Shown here piece by piece: positions 1-8,881 of a stretch of 64,000 nt of DNA (its first letter is position 1; the number at the start of each line of letters is the position of its first letter). The stretch comes from an uncultured virus (IMG/VR IMGVR_UViG_3300029305_012101) (Duplodnaviria; Heunggongvirae; Uroviricota; Caudoviricetes): IMG/VR virus record IMGVR_UViG_3300029305_012101. The stretch is one strand, 5' to 3'. Under the pieces are notes generated by a model. The model saw only the letters and a list, made by a program, of their open reading frames with translations, had not been told where the DNA came from and made no database searches. A program made the translations under genes and the position numbers.

Positions 1-366
1 TTACTTCAAAAAAGCCAAGAGGCCTGAGAGTTTTCCCGGATCCATTTCGTGGATGGCTGTCACAACTTTGCAAAATTCATCATCAGTACGCATTCTCAAA
101 ACGATACTCGCCAGAGTGTCGTTTTCTTTTTGCATTTTCCGGTGATCCTCTGTCTTATTTTCGATCAGATCTGATTTTAGGCAGCCAAAGTAATTTGCCA
201 GTATCTCGATTTTGTCTATCCGTGGAAATTTCTTTCCTTTAATCCAATCATTCATAGTAGGAGCGGAAACACCGACGATCTCTGCCAATTCTTTCTGTGT
301 TTTCCCCATCCGATCCATATACATTCTCAAATTCTTTGCAAATACCTCTCTTGAAAATTCTGTCAC
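1..366 (-). CDS. CI-like phage repressor (XRE HTH)
   Basis: HTH_3 motif TQKELAEIVGVSAPTMNDWIKGKKFPRIDKIEILANYFG; divergent from cro; GGGAGGT RBS before GTG at 366. Confidence 0.9.
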   Translation of the reverse strand: MTEFSREVFAKNLRMYMDRMGKTQKELAEIVGVSAPTMNDWIKGKKFPRIDKIEILANYFGCLKSDLIENKTEDHRKMQKENDTLASIVLRMRTDDEFCKVVTAIHEMDPGKLSGLLAFLK

Positions 367-414
367 ACTAACACCTCCCTTCACATCTATATCTCTATTT
401 TTATTCTACACCTA

Positions 415-520
415 ATTAGCTTAAAAGTAAAATAAAATCTACAAATAATTAGCTAAAAACTATTGACAACCATCAGGCAAAGTAGTAGTATAACATCGTG
501 GTGATTAGCTTAAAGCTAAT
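415..520. promoter_or_regulatory. Lysis/lysogeny switch: operators and rightward sigmaA promoter
   Basis: 17-bp palindrome ATTAGCTT-A-AAGCTAAT at 504-520; degenerate copies at 415-431 and 448-464; TTGACA(463)-17 nt-TAGTAT(486). Confidence 0.8.
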
Positions 521-539
521 TGGTTAAAAGAAAGGAGGT

Positions 540-758
540 TTGAATATGAAAAAGATCTCGCTTCCGGCAGCTAGAGTCAATGCTGGTTTCACTCAGGATC
601 AGGTTGCGGCTCATTTGAATATTGCCGTTTCTACCTATCGCAACTGGGAAAGTGGTAAAACTTATCCGAAACTTCCCCAGGTCGATCAGCTTTGCGAGCT
701 ATTTGGAATGCCGTATGATGCCATTGACTTCCTGGGAACAAAAAATTTTGCCGTATGA
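540..758 (+). CDS. Cro-like HTH regulator
   Basis: 72-aa XRE HTH (TQDQVAAHLNIAVSTYRNWESGKTYP), AAGGAGG RBS. Confidence 0.85.
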   Translation: MNMKKISLPAARVNAGFTQDQVAAHLNIAVSTYRNWESGKTYPKLPQVDQLCELFGMPYDAIDFLGTKNFAV

Positions 759-774
759 TTAGCTTTAAGCTAAC
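758..774. promoter_or_regulatory. Fourth repressor-operator copy downstream of cro
   Basis: ATTAGCTTTAAGCTAAC, near-perfect match to the 504-520 palindrome. Confidence 0.7.
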
Positions 775-788
775 TCTAGGAGGAAGTT

Positions 789-938
789 ATGAACGAGTAT
801 CGAATCGGAAATGCCATCGTAAAAGTTTCCCGGCCGGAGCTGACCGAAGCGGAACGGCGGAAGCGCGAAGGCCAGGTGCTGATCGGCCTGCAGCAGTTCG
901 GCAAGGCCATGGAAGACGCCAGACGGGCGATGACCTGA
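789..938 (+). CDS. Small hypothetical protein (49 aa, not in ORF track)
   Basis: AGGAGG RBS, MNEYRIGNAIVKVSRPELTEAERRKRE... Confidence 0.6.
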   Translation: MNEYRIGNAIVKVSRPELTEAERRKREGQVLIGLQQFGKAMEDARRAMT

Positions 939-951
939 AAGGAAAAAGACC

Positions 952-1632
952 ATGAATCAGAATGAAACGGTAAAGGCGCTGCTGGAGCGGCGGAGATTGC
1001 GGAAGAAACAGCGGATCATCCGCACGGCAAGTACCACCTTGTGTTTGTTGGGAATGGCTGTCTGCCTGGTTTGCCTGATCATCCTGGATCGGGAAGATGC
1101 CCGCGCCCTGGAAGAAAATCATACATACATAGAAGAAGCCCAGTCGGCCCCCATGCGGTCAACTGCGGTAGAAGTGAAAGAGATCCCGGTCCAGCCGGAG
1201 GAGATCCCCGAAGAGATCCAGGAAGAGGAACCGGCTGCGGTGCCTGAAGAGTACCCGGAGGATTACGAGAACGAGAAGATCGAGGCTGCGCTGCTGGACA
1301 AGGCCCACCGCATGGATGATGTGATGATCACTCACTACTGCTCCGAGCTGTATCCCCACATCTGCGGCACCGGCAATGGCATCACAGCCTCCGGCCGTGA
1401 GATTGAGCCCTATGTGAGTGTGGCTGTTGACCGGTCTGTGATCCCCCTGGGCAGCGAGGTAATGATCGACTACGGCGATGGTGAGATCCATTACTACCGG
1501 GCCGACGATGTTGGTGCCTGGGTGAACGGTGCCCACATTGATGTGGCTGTGACCACCCATGACGAGGCCCTGCAGTTGGGCATCAAAACGGCGACCGTAT
1601 GGTGGATCCCGCCTGAAAAAGGTGGTGAGTAA
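952..1632 (+). CDS. Membrane-anchored 3D-domain protein
   Basis: N-terminal TM helix, acidic linker, 3D motifs GITASG...VAVDRSVIPLGS...ADDVGAWVNGAHIDV. Confidence 0.8.
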   Translation: MNQNETVKALLERRRLRKKQRIIRTASTTLCLLGMAVCLVCLIILDREDARALEENHTYIEEAQSAPMRSTAVEVKEIPVQPEEIPEEIQEEEPAAVPEEYPEDYENEKIEAALLDKAHRMDDVMITHYCSELYPHICGTGNGITASGREIEPYVSVAVDRSVIPLGSEVMIDYGDGEIHYYRADDVGAWVNGAHIDVAVTTHDEALQLGIKTATVWWIPPEKGGE

Positions 1633-1636
1633 CGTG

Positions 1637-1825
1637 ATGGACAACTACGACATGTGGGCGCAGCAGGAGCGCAGGACCCAGCGGAGGCTGGCTGAGCGAC
1701 CTGTCTGCAGCAACTGCGAAGAGCACATCCAGGATCAGAAAGCCTACTACATCAACGGCGAATGGATCTGCAAGGAGTGCATGGAGCGAGATTTTGAGAA
1801 GGATGTGGATGATTACTGTGAGTGA
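1637..1825 (+). CDS. Small Zn-finger protein
   Basis: CSNC...CKEC, coupled to neighbours. Confidence 0.6.
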   Translation: MDNYDMWAQQERRTQRRLAERPVCSNCEEHIQDQKAYYINGEWICKECMERDFEKDVDDYCE

Positions 1826-2564
1826 AAAGAAGCAACTGAAACTGGGAAGCCTTTTTGATGGCTCTGGTGGCTTTCCCCTTGCCGGATCTCTCTGTGGGAT
1901 CAAGCCCTGCTGGGCTGCTGAAGTGGAGCCCTACCCTATCGCCGTGACCCGAAGCCGCTTCCCCGATATGAAGCATCTGGGCAGCGTTACCGATGTCCGC
2001 GGTGGTGAGATCGAACCGGTGGACATCATCACCTTCGGCTCCCCCTGCCAGGATCTGAGCGTGGCAGGCAAGCGAGCCGGTCTGAAACATGAGGCCAATG
2101 GAGATGAGGAGACCACCAGAAGCGGCCTGTTTATGGAGGCTGTGAGAATCATCAAAGAAATGAGGGAAGCAACCAATGGATTATATCCAAGAATCGCTCT
2201 TTGGGAAAATGTCCCCGGAGCCTTTAGTTCAAACAAAGGTGAGGACTTCCGAATCGTCCTCGAAGAGCTCATCAAAGTCGTCGAACCGAGAGCCGTTATG
2301 CCTGCGGTTCCACGCAACGGATGGCCCTACGCCGACAGTTATTGCGGTGACGGATGGAGCCTTGCGTACAGAACTTTCGATGCTCAATACTGGGGAGTCC
2401 CCCAGCGTCGCCGTCGAATCTACCTTGTCGCAGATTTTAGAGGCGGATGCGCCGGAAAAATATCGTTTGAGCGCCAAGGCCTGCGAGGGCATTCTGCGCA
2501 GAGCAGAACGGCGGGGGAAAGCACTGCCGGAGATGCTGAGGATGGCCCTGGAGCAGATGATTGA
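1809..2564 (+). CDS. C5-cytosine DNA methyltransferase, catalytic N-terminal part (motifs I-VIII)
   Basis: SLFDGSGG, GSPCQDLS, ENVPG, QRRRRIY. Confidence 0.92.
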   Translation: MITVSEKKQLKLGSLFDGSGGFPLAGSLCGIKPCWAAEVEPYPIAVTRSRFPDMKHLGSVTDVRGGEIEPVDIITFGSPCQDLSVAGKRAGLKHEANGDEETTRSGLFMEAVRIIKEMREATNGLYPRIALWENVPGAFSSNKGEDFRIVLEELIKVVEPRAVMPAVPRNGWPYADSYCGDGWSLAYRTFDAQYWGVPQRRRRIYLVADFRGGCAGKISFERQGLRGHSAQSRTAGESTAGDAEDGPGADD

Positions 2565-2613
2565 GATGGATACCGCTCAGGCAGATGAATCCATGGAGGA
2601 TGAAGAAGCATGA
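2176..2613 (+). CDS. Overlapping alternative-frame methyltransferase beta-like subunit
   Basis: LSQILEADAPEKYRLSAKACEGILRRAERRGKALPEML; ends coupled (ATGA) to the 2610 ORF. Confidence 0.7.
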   Translation: MDYIQESLFGKMSPEPLVQTKVRTSESSSKSSSKSSNREPLCLRFHATDGPTPTVIAVTDGALRTELSMLNTGESPSVAVESTLSQILEADAPEKYRLSAKACEGILRRAERRGKALPEMLRMALEQMIEMDTAQADESMEDEEA

Positions 2614-4184
2614 GCAGCAATGTAAAACCTATCACCTTTGAGCCTGGTATCGCCAGCAGAGAAGGTGGTCATGTCTACGAAGGGGTTGCAGGAACTCTAA
2701 GGGCCAATGCCGGTGATAATCAACTGGCTGTGGCACAACCGATCGCTGTAGCAACTCAGCAAGGCGGAGCGGAGATCCGAGAAGATGGCATCTGCCCCAC
2801 CATCACAGCGGCGGCCGGCATGAGTGGAAACAATCAGCCCTGGATCTGCAAGCCTATGGCATTCACCCAAAATCAGCGGGATGAGATCCGTGATCTGGGT
2901 GACAAATCTGGGTGCCTTCAAGCGGAACCCGGAATGAAACAGCAGACATTCATCATCGACAGCATCGGTGGTCAGGCTGAAAGAGGTTGGGAGGGTGATG
3001 TTGCTCCTTGCTTAAAAGCAAGCCACTACAAGTTCCCTCCGTGTGTAACAGTGGCTGCCGGTTTCAAGCCTAACCAGGGATCAAAAGCCATGGGGATCGG
3101 ATGGGAGGAAGAGGTCTCACCGACTCTGCTGGCAGGACAGGAACCTGCTGTGTGCATCAAAGAGGTTCTGCCTTTTGATACTACTCAGGTGACAAGCCCC
3201 CAAAACGGCAACAACCCCAAATGGGGCGACCCATGCCACCCTCTGGCGGCACAGGGGCATCCTCCCACAGTAATCTGCAAGACCTGGGATGCCAGAGGCA
3301 ACGGTGATGGTGAAACCGTCAGTACGATCACCGGAGATCATGAGAACCGGATCACCGACTACACCAGCGTGGTGGTGGAGGAAGCCTGCTATGTCGATAC
3401 GACCCATGCCGATGATGTGGTCCGCATTGATGACAAGGCTGCGCCACTACAGGCAAGAGATAACAAAGGTGGGAAACTGATCTGCCAGCCGGTCTACTGC
3501 CTCCAAGGCAACGGCATCGACCGAGCCGATACAGCTGGCTGTAACGGCAAGGGTTGGAAAGAGGATGTCGGCTATACGCTGAATACCATCGACAGACCGG
3601 CAGTGGTATATCTGGCCAGCAAAAGAGAGATCGCAGGGACATTGATGGCAAGTATGGCAACAAAACAGTGCCTTGGAGACCAAGAGGCTTTCAGTGGTGA
3701 TTATCACGTTATCGAGGAGTATCCTTCCTACGACATTGATTGCCGCAACATGAATGAGTACAAGGAACTGTACCCAACTTTACAGGCAAAGCCCAACGGA
3801 GGTCAGAGCCTAAATTTCTCTGGAGCAGTTCGCACCAATTCCAACAGAGAGGATGAGACCATGATCCGCTATATTGTCCGCCGCCTGACACCGACCGAGT
3901 GTGCAAGGCTGCAGGGTTTTCCCGATAACTGGGGCCATCCTGATCAAAAATCTGACTTTTCCGATGAGGAATATCAGTTTTGGCTGGATGTCCGAAACAC
4001 CCACGCCGCCATCAACGGCAAGGCGACCAAGGAGTACACCAAGGAGCAGATGCTGACCTGGTACAACAAACTGCATACCGACAGTTCTGAGTACAAGATG
4101 TGGGGCAATGGTATTGCACTGCCCACGGCGCTATATGTGATGCAGGGAATCGCAGAACTGATCGGAGAGGAGGAAATGGTGTGA
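2610..4184 (+). CDS. C5 methyltransferase C-terminal part with tandem TRD-like units
   Basis: RRLTPTECARLQGFPD and YKMWGNGIALP at C-terminus; about 11 xxTLxA-type repeats. Confidence 0.85.
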   Translation: MSSNVKPITFEPGIASREGGHVYEGVAGTLRANAGDNQLAVAQPIAVATQQGGAEIREDGICPTITAAAGMSGNNQPWICKPMAFTQNQRDEIRDLGDKSGCLQAEPGMKQQTFIIDSIGGQAERGWEGDVAPCLKASHYKFPPCVTVAAGFKPNQGSKAMGIGWEEEVSPTLLAGQEPAVCIKEVLPFDTTQVTSPQNGNNPKWGDPCHPLAAQGHPPTVICKTWDARGNGDGETVSTITGDHENRITDYTSVVVEEACYVDTTHADDVVRIDDKAAPLQARDNKGGKLICQPVYCLQGNGIDRADTAGCNGKGWKEDVGYTLNTIDRPAVVYLASKREIAGTLMASMATKQCLGDQEAFSGDYHVIEEYPSYDIDCRNMNEYKELYPTLQAKPNGGQSLNFSGAVRTNSNREDETMIRYIVRRLTPTECARLQGFPDNWGHPDQKSDFSDEEYQFWLDVRNTHAAINGKATKEYTKEQMLTWYNKLHTDSSEYKMWGNGIALPTALYVMQGIAELIGEEEMV

Positions 4185-4357
4185 TGAGCAGCAATGTTGA
4201 TGGAAGAGCGATGCTTTTGCTGAGGTCAGCCAGGTCCTGCCTCACCCGGCAGCAGTTCAACACACTGAAGGGGCAGGTGCTGGCTGGCCATGGTGAAGCG
4301 GCTATGAGAGGTCTGGATAAGATCCTGAGCCGCCAGCAGAAAGGATGCGAGGCCTGA
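4184..4357 (+). CDS. Small hypothetical phage protein
   Basis: Translationally coupled at both ends; LTRQQFNTLKGQVLAG. Confidence 0.6.
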   Translation: MSSNVDGRAMLLLRSARSCLTRQQFNTLKGQVLAGHGEAAMRGLDKILSRQQKGCEA

Positions 4358-5187
4358 TGGCTGAACGAAGAATGTTTACCCAGAAGATCGTGGACAGCGA
4401 CGCCTTCCTGGATATGCCGCTGTCTGCCCAGGCTCTGTATTTCCATTTGAACATGCGGGCCGATGATGATGGTTTTGTGAACAACCCGAAGAGGATCCAG
4501 CGGACGGTGTGTGCCTCAGAGGATGATCTGAAGTTGCTGATCCTAAAGCGCTTCCTGATCTGCTTTGAGAACGGCGTGATCGTCATTAAGCACTGGCGGA
4601 TGCACAATTCCCTTCGGAAGGACCGGTACAGCCCGACCCAGTATCAGGATGAATTTGCAAGGCTGGGGATCAAGGACAATGGGGCATACACCGAGCGGGA
4701 AATGCTGCCGGAGTCCCTGCCGGCGCCGGAAGACGACCCTCCGGCAACCGATTGGCAACCAGACGGCAACCAAGCGGCAACGCAGGATAGGGTAGGTAAG
4801 GGTAGTGTAGGTAAGGATAGTGTAGGAGAGGGAAGGAACGTCAACTATCAGCAGATCGTTGACATGTACCACGACACTTGCGTGTCGTTCCCCCGGCTCC
4901 GCTCCCTCTCCGAAGCAAGGAAAAAGGCTATCAGGGCCAGGATGAAGACCTACACCATAGAGGACTTCCAGCTGCTCTTTGAAAAGGCAGAGGCCAGCAG
5001 CTTCCTAAAGGGCAAAAACCCCCGGAACTGGCGAGCCGATTTTGACTGGCTTATCACCGACAAATACATGGCCAAGACCCTGGACGGCAGCTATGATGAC
5101 AGACCCGGCAGTTACGGGCCCCGCAACGATGGCTTTGAGTCCTCCAACCCCTTCCTGGAAATGTTGCATGAGGAGCGTGGTTACTGA
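4357..5187 (+). CDS. Phage replication initiator (replisome organizer)
   Basis: MAERRMFTQKIVDSDAFLDMPLSAQALYFHL N-terminus; WRADFDWL C-terminal domain. Confidence 0.88.
   Translation: MAERRMFTQKIVDSDAFLDMPLSAQALYFHLNMRADDDGFVNNPKRIQRTVCASEDDLKLLILKRFLICFENGVIVIKHWRMHNSLRKDRYSPTQYQDEFARLGIKDNGAYTEREMLPESLPAPEDDPPATDWQPDGNQAATQDRVGKGSVGKDSVGEGRNVNYQQIVDMYHDTCVSFPRLRSLSEARKKAIRARMKTYTIEDFQLLFEKAEASSFLKGKNPRNWRADFDWLITDKYMAKTLDGSYDDRPGSYGPRNDGFESSNPFLEMLHEERGY
4743..4829 (+). repeat. Iterons / probable replication origin inside the initiator gene
   Basis: GGCAAC x4 at 11-bp period (4743, 4754, 4765, 4776), then three 15-bp GG(A/G)TAG(G/T)GTAGG.. repeats. Confidence 0.7.
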
Positions 5188-5744
5188 TGAACAGAGAAGA
5201 GACCCTGGCCATCATGTCTGTGCTAAAGGCGGCGTATCCCAACTACTACCGGGATATGAAGAAAGCCGATGCGGAGAGCGTGGTGGGCCTCTGGCAGACC
5301 ATGTTTGCCGATGAGCCGGCGGAGATCGTGGCAGCCGCCGTGAAAGCACACATTGCCACGGATGTCAAGGGCTTCCCGCCCCACATCGGCGCCATCAAGG
5401 ATGCCATCGTTAAGCTGACGCAGCCGAAGCAGCTGACGGAGATGGAGGCTTGGGGCCTGGTCAAGGAGGCAACCCGCAACAGCCTGTACGGGGCGCGAGA
5501 GGAGTTCGACAAGCTGCCGCCCATCGTCCAGAGGTTGGTGGGATCCCCGAATCAGCTCCGGGAGTGGGCCATGATGGATTCGGAAGTCGTGTCGTCGGTG
5601 GTGGCGTCCAACTTCCAGCGGTCCTACAAGGTGCGGGCAGCCAGTGAGAGAGAGTTCCTGGCGCTTCCGTCGGACATCAAGCAGACCATGGAGCTGCTGG
5701 CCGGCGGGATGAGCATGAAGGCCCTTGGCGATGGCCAGAAATGA
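5187..5744 (+). CDS. Replicative helicase loader/inhibitor (G39P-like)
   Basis: MNREETLAIMSVLKAAYP...FPPHIGAI; follows initiator. Confidence 0.8.
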   Translation: MNREETLAIMSVLKAAYPNYYRDMKKADAESVVGLWQTMFADEPAEIVAAAVKAHIATDVKGFPPHIGAIKDAIVKLTQPKQLTEMEAWGLVKEATRNSLYGAREEFDKLPPIVQRLVGSPNQLREWAMMDSEVVSSVVASNFQRSYKVRAASEREFLALPSDIKQTMELLAGGMSMKALGDGQK

Positions 5745-5754
5745 GGAAAGAAAT

Positions 5755-6147
5755 ATGGCAGTACATGGATTCATTCAGGATGTCATGAAGGACATGGAAG
5801 CCGGGATATACGACTACACGATGGATGGGAAGTGCTCAAACTGCGGAGAGTGTTGTGCAAACTTCCTTCCTGTGTCCAAAAAAGAGGTCAAGGAGATCAA
5901 AAAGTACATAGAAAAGCATGGCATAAAAGAGCAAAAACGCTTCTGGCCGTTCAGCGGGCCTACTCTTGATCTCACTTGCCCCTTCCGATCCAATTCTGAG
6001 CGGAAATGTCTGATTTATGAGGTGCGGCCTGCAATTTGCAGAGACTTCCAGTGTGATAAGCCGCGGAAAAAGATCTTTGCGGATAAGGAAATGTATCACG
6101 GAAAGTATGCAGTTGTAGATATGCGCCAAGAGTTTTTTGGGAAATGA
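5755..6147 (+). CDS. YkgJ-like CxxCxxCC cysteine-cluster protein
   Basis: CSNCGECC...CPF...CLIYEVRPAICRDF. Confidence 0.8.
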   Translation: MAVHGFIQDVMKDMEAGIYDYTMDGKCSNCGECCANFLPVSKKEVKEIKKYIEKHGIKEQKRFWPFSGPTLDLTCPFRSNSERKCLIYEVRPAICRDFQCDKPRKKIFADKEMYHGKYAVVDMRQEFFGK

Positions 6148-6185
6148 AAAAGCCGCCTTCCGGTGTGCGAGACCGGAAAGCGGCA
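6146..6185. terminator. Hairpin/terminator
   Basis: AAAAAGCCGCCTTCCGGT-loop-ACCGGAAAGCGGC. Confidence 0.45.
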
Positions 6186-6237
6186 TGGGACAAATATTGC
6201 TACGGCTATGATAAGCCGTTTGGGAGGAAATGTCAAT

Positions 6238-6399
6238 ATGAAGAAAAGCGAGAGATACCATTACGCGATGATCGCGGTACTCAAATATGGGTTTTCTGAT
6301 GAGGCCAAGATCGAGATCCTGGAGACTCTGATGGAGGATCGGGGCGTGGCTGTATTCAACGAGAAACAGAAGGAGAAGGATCAGGAGGTGCAGGCATGA
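6238..6399 (+). CDS. Small hypothetical protein
   Basis: GGAGG RBS, coupled to the 6396 ORF. Confidence 0.55.
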   Translation: MKKSERYHYAMIAVLKYGFSDEAKIEILETLMEDRGVAVFNEKQKEKDQEVQA

Positions 6400-6884
6400 T
6401 CAGCATCTATGAAATCGATCAGGCCATCATGAACCTGGTGGACCCTGAAACCGGTGAGATCCTGGACTGGGAGGCATTCGATCAGCTCCAGATGGAGCGG
6501 GATGCCAAGATCGAAAATCTGGCTTGCTGGTATAAGAACCTGGTAGCTGAGGCTGCTGCCATCCGGCAGGAGGAGCTGAACCTGGCCAAGCGCCGCAAGG
6601 AGATCGAGGCCATGGCGGAGAACCGGAAGAGATGGCTGAAGGCCGCTTTGGCCGGCGAGAAGTTCCAGACCGCCAAGTGCTCCATCACCTTTCGCAAGAC
6701 CACCCGCGTGGAGCTTTCCGACGAGGCGGCCGCCATTGAGTGGGCCCAGAAGAATTTCCACGACGAGATCCTGAAGTACACCGCGCCCACCATCAGCAAG
6801 GATGAGGTGGCCAAGCTGCTGAAAGCCAATATGGAGATCCCCGGCGCTACGCTGGTGTCGGATTTGAGCATGGGGGTGAAGTGA
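6396..6884 (+). CDS. Siphovirus Gp157-like protein
   Basis: LVDPETGEI...KIENLACWYKNL coiled coil...IPGATLV. Confidence 0.8.
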   Translation: MISIYEIDQAIMNLVDPETGEILDWEAFDQLQMERDAKIENLACWYKNLVAEAAAIRQEELNLAKRRKEIEAMAENRKRWLKAALAGEKFQTAKCSITFRKTTRVELSDEAAAIEWAQKNFHDEILKYTAPTISKDEVAKLLKANMEIPGATLVSDLSMGVK

Positions 6885-7558
6885 TGGACAACCTGTATAT
6901 CTATGAGAAGGCCCGCGTCTGCCCGGACAATGCCCTGCGGCCGATCCAGGCCGGCAAACTGAAGGGCAAGAGCGACATCAACCCGATTTTCCGTATTAAA
7001 TTACTGACCGAGCTCTTCGGCCCCTGCGGCGTGGGCTGGAAACTGTGCAACGTGAAATACTGGACGGAGCCCGGCGCCGGCGGCGAAGTGGCTGCCTGGT
7101 GCTCCATGGAGCTGAAAATCAAGGTGGACGGCCAGTGGAGCGACGGGATCGAGGGCGTCGGCGGATCCATGCTGATCAACACCGAGAAGGGCAAGCTGGT
7201 GACGAACGACGAGGCCTTCAAGATGGCTTATACCGACGCCGTGAGCGTCTGCTGCAAGATGCTGGGCGTGGCTGCAGATGTGTACTGGGAGGCAGATCGC
7301 ACCAAGTACAGCGCCGGAGAAACCGGCGGGAATACGCCTCCTCCCCAGGCACCCGCACCCAGGCCTTCCGCTCCTCCTCCCCCGCCCGCTCGCCCCTGCC
7401 AGAGATGCGGTCAGGCCATCAAGGCCACACGCGCCGGCGGCAAGGTGTACAGCGTTAAGGAGATTGCGGAGAACGCAAAGAATACTTTCGGCCATGAGCT
7501 TTGCTGGAACTGCATGAAGGCGCTGCAGGCCGAGAAGCAGGCGGCTGATGGCCAATGA
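6881..7558 (+). CDS. Rad52/Sak-like single-strand annealing protein with C-terminal Zn ribbon
   Basis: DINPIFRIKLLTELFGPCGVGW, KMAYTDAVSVCCKMLGVAADVY. Confidence 0.75.
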   Translation: MMDNLYIYEKARVCPDNALRPIQAGKLKGKSDINPIFRIKLLTELFGPCGVGWKLCNVKYWTEPGAGGEVAAWCSMELKIKVDGQWSDGIEGVGGSMLINTEKGKLVTNDEAFKMAYTDAVSVCCKMLGVAADVYWEADRTKYSAGETGGNTPPPQAPAPRPSAPPPPPARPCQRCGQAIKATRAGGKVYSVKEIAENAKNTFGHELCWNCMKALQAEKQAADGQ

Positions 7559-8001
7559 TCGACAGAGCAAGCCGCAGGCGGATCCATTACGCCTGGAACA
7601 ACATGAAGCAGCGCTGCTCCAATGCTGCCAGGGATGACTATCCGCTGTACGGAGGCCGGGGGATCACGGTCTGCCCCGAGTGGGCAGGATTCCCCGCCTT
7701 CCTGGCCTGGGCCATGGAGAGCGGCTATGAAAACCACCTGACCCTGGATCGGATCGACACGGATGGCCCATACTGCCCTGAAAATTGCCGTTGGGCAACA
7801 AAGAAGGAGCAGGCCAACAATCGGAGATCCAACCGGGTGCTGACCCTGGATGGTCGGACGCAGTCGATGACCCAGTGGGCTGAGGAGCTGGGCATCGACG
7901 CCTCCACCCTCTGGCGCCGGCTGCATTATGGCTGGCCGGTGGAGCGGGCTCTGACGGAGCCGGTACATACCGAAAAGCGCAAGAGGAGCGTGAGATCGTG
8001 A
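7555..8001 (+). CDS. HNH homing endonuclease-like protein
   Basis: YGGRGITVCPEW, TLDRIDTDGPYCPENCRWAT. Confidence 0.8.
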   Translation: MIDRASRRRIHYAWNNMKQRCSNAARDDYPLYGGRGITVCPEWAGFPAFLAWAMESGYENHLTLDRIDTDGPYCPENCRWATKKEQANNRRSNRVLTLDGRTQSMTQWAEELGIDASTLWRRLHYGWPVERALTEPVHTEKRKRSVRS

Positions 8002-8543
8002 AATCTACATTCGAGCAGGCGAAGGTGATCCTGGATGGTGAAAAAGCTTTCCTCTGCATCGGGATCCCCTACCGGGACGCCAAGAAGTTCGTGGGCGAGA
8101 TGAAGCCGAAGAAGTACGCGGTGGAGATCAAGGAGTGCCGGGAGCACCGGAGCCTGGATGCCAACGCCTATATGTGGAGGCTGCTGGACGAGATGGCGGA
8201 GGTCAAGAGCCTGATTGAGGAGAAGACCTGCACCAAGGAGGAGCTGTACCTGGGATATGTGAAAGAGGTCGGCCCCTTCAAGGACTTCACCCTGCCGGAG
8301 GATCAAGCAAAGACCTTCCGGGTGGCCTGGTCCATGCTTGGCACCGGCTGGCCCACAGAGCAGGTTGATTTTTCCCCTGATGGTGAGCAGGTGGTGATCC
8401 GGGCTTACTACGGATCCAGCCAGTACAACAAAAAGCAGATGAGCCGGCTGATCGACATGGTGGTCCAGGATGCCAAGGCCCTGGACATTGAGACCCTGAC
8501 GCCCATGGAGCTGGCCAGGATGACGGATCGGTGGGGCGCATGA
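7998..8543 (+). CDS. NinB-like recombination protein
   Basis: RSLDANAYMWRL...GSSQYNKKQMSRLID. Confidence 0.7.
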   Translation: MKSTFEQAKVILDGEKAFLCIGIPYRDAKKFVGEMKPKKYAVEIKECREHRSLDANAYMWRLLDEMAEVKSLIEEKTCTKEELYLGYVKEVGPFKDFTLPEDQAKTFRVAWSMLGTGWPTEQVDFSPDGEQVVIRAYYGSSQYNKKQMSRLIDMVVQDAKALDIETLTPMELARMTDRWGA

Positions 8544-8863
8544 AGGACCGGACGATAGCCTTGTCAATACCCATGGAGGTAAAGAAGGCTGTTGCGGAGC
8601 GGGACAGCGTGGATGGCTGGCCGTGCTGCATACTCTGCGGCCGGCCGGCGCCCACCAGCAATCCGCTGGCCTTCTCCAATGCACACTACATATCCCGCGC
8701 CCAGGGTGGCCTGGGGATCCCGGAGAACACCCTGACTCTCTGCCCACGGTGCCATCGGGAATACGACTCCACGGAGCGGAGCGCATACCGGCCGATCCTG
8801 GCCCGGCACCTGCGGGAGAACTACGATGGCTGGGATGAGTGCAAATTGGTTTATCGAAAATGA
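8540..8863 (+). CDS. HNH/NinG-like nuclease
   Basis: CILC...AHYISRAQGGLG..N..TLCPRCH. Confidence 0.7.
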   Translation: MKDRTIALSIPMEVKKAVAERDSVDGWPCCILCGRPAPTSNPLAFSNAHYISRAQGGLGIPENTLTLCPRCHREYDSTERSAYRPILARHLRENYDGWDECKLVYRK

Positions 8864-8881
8864 AATAAGGAGCATGAATTT

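Noticed and set aside
7555..8001. HNH gene as part of a group I intron
   Set aside because: Flanking genes are complete and translationally coupled to it, leaving no room for intron core structure.
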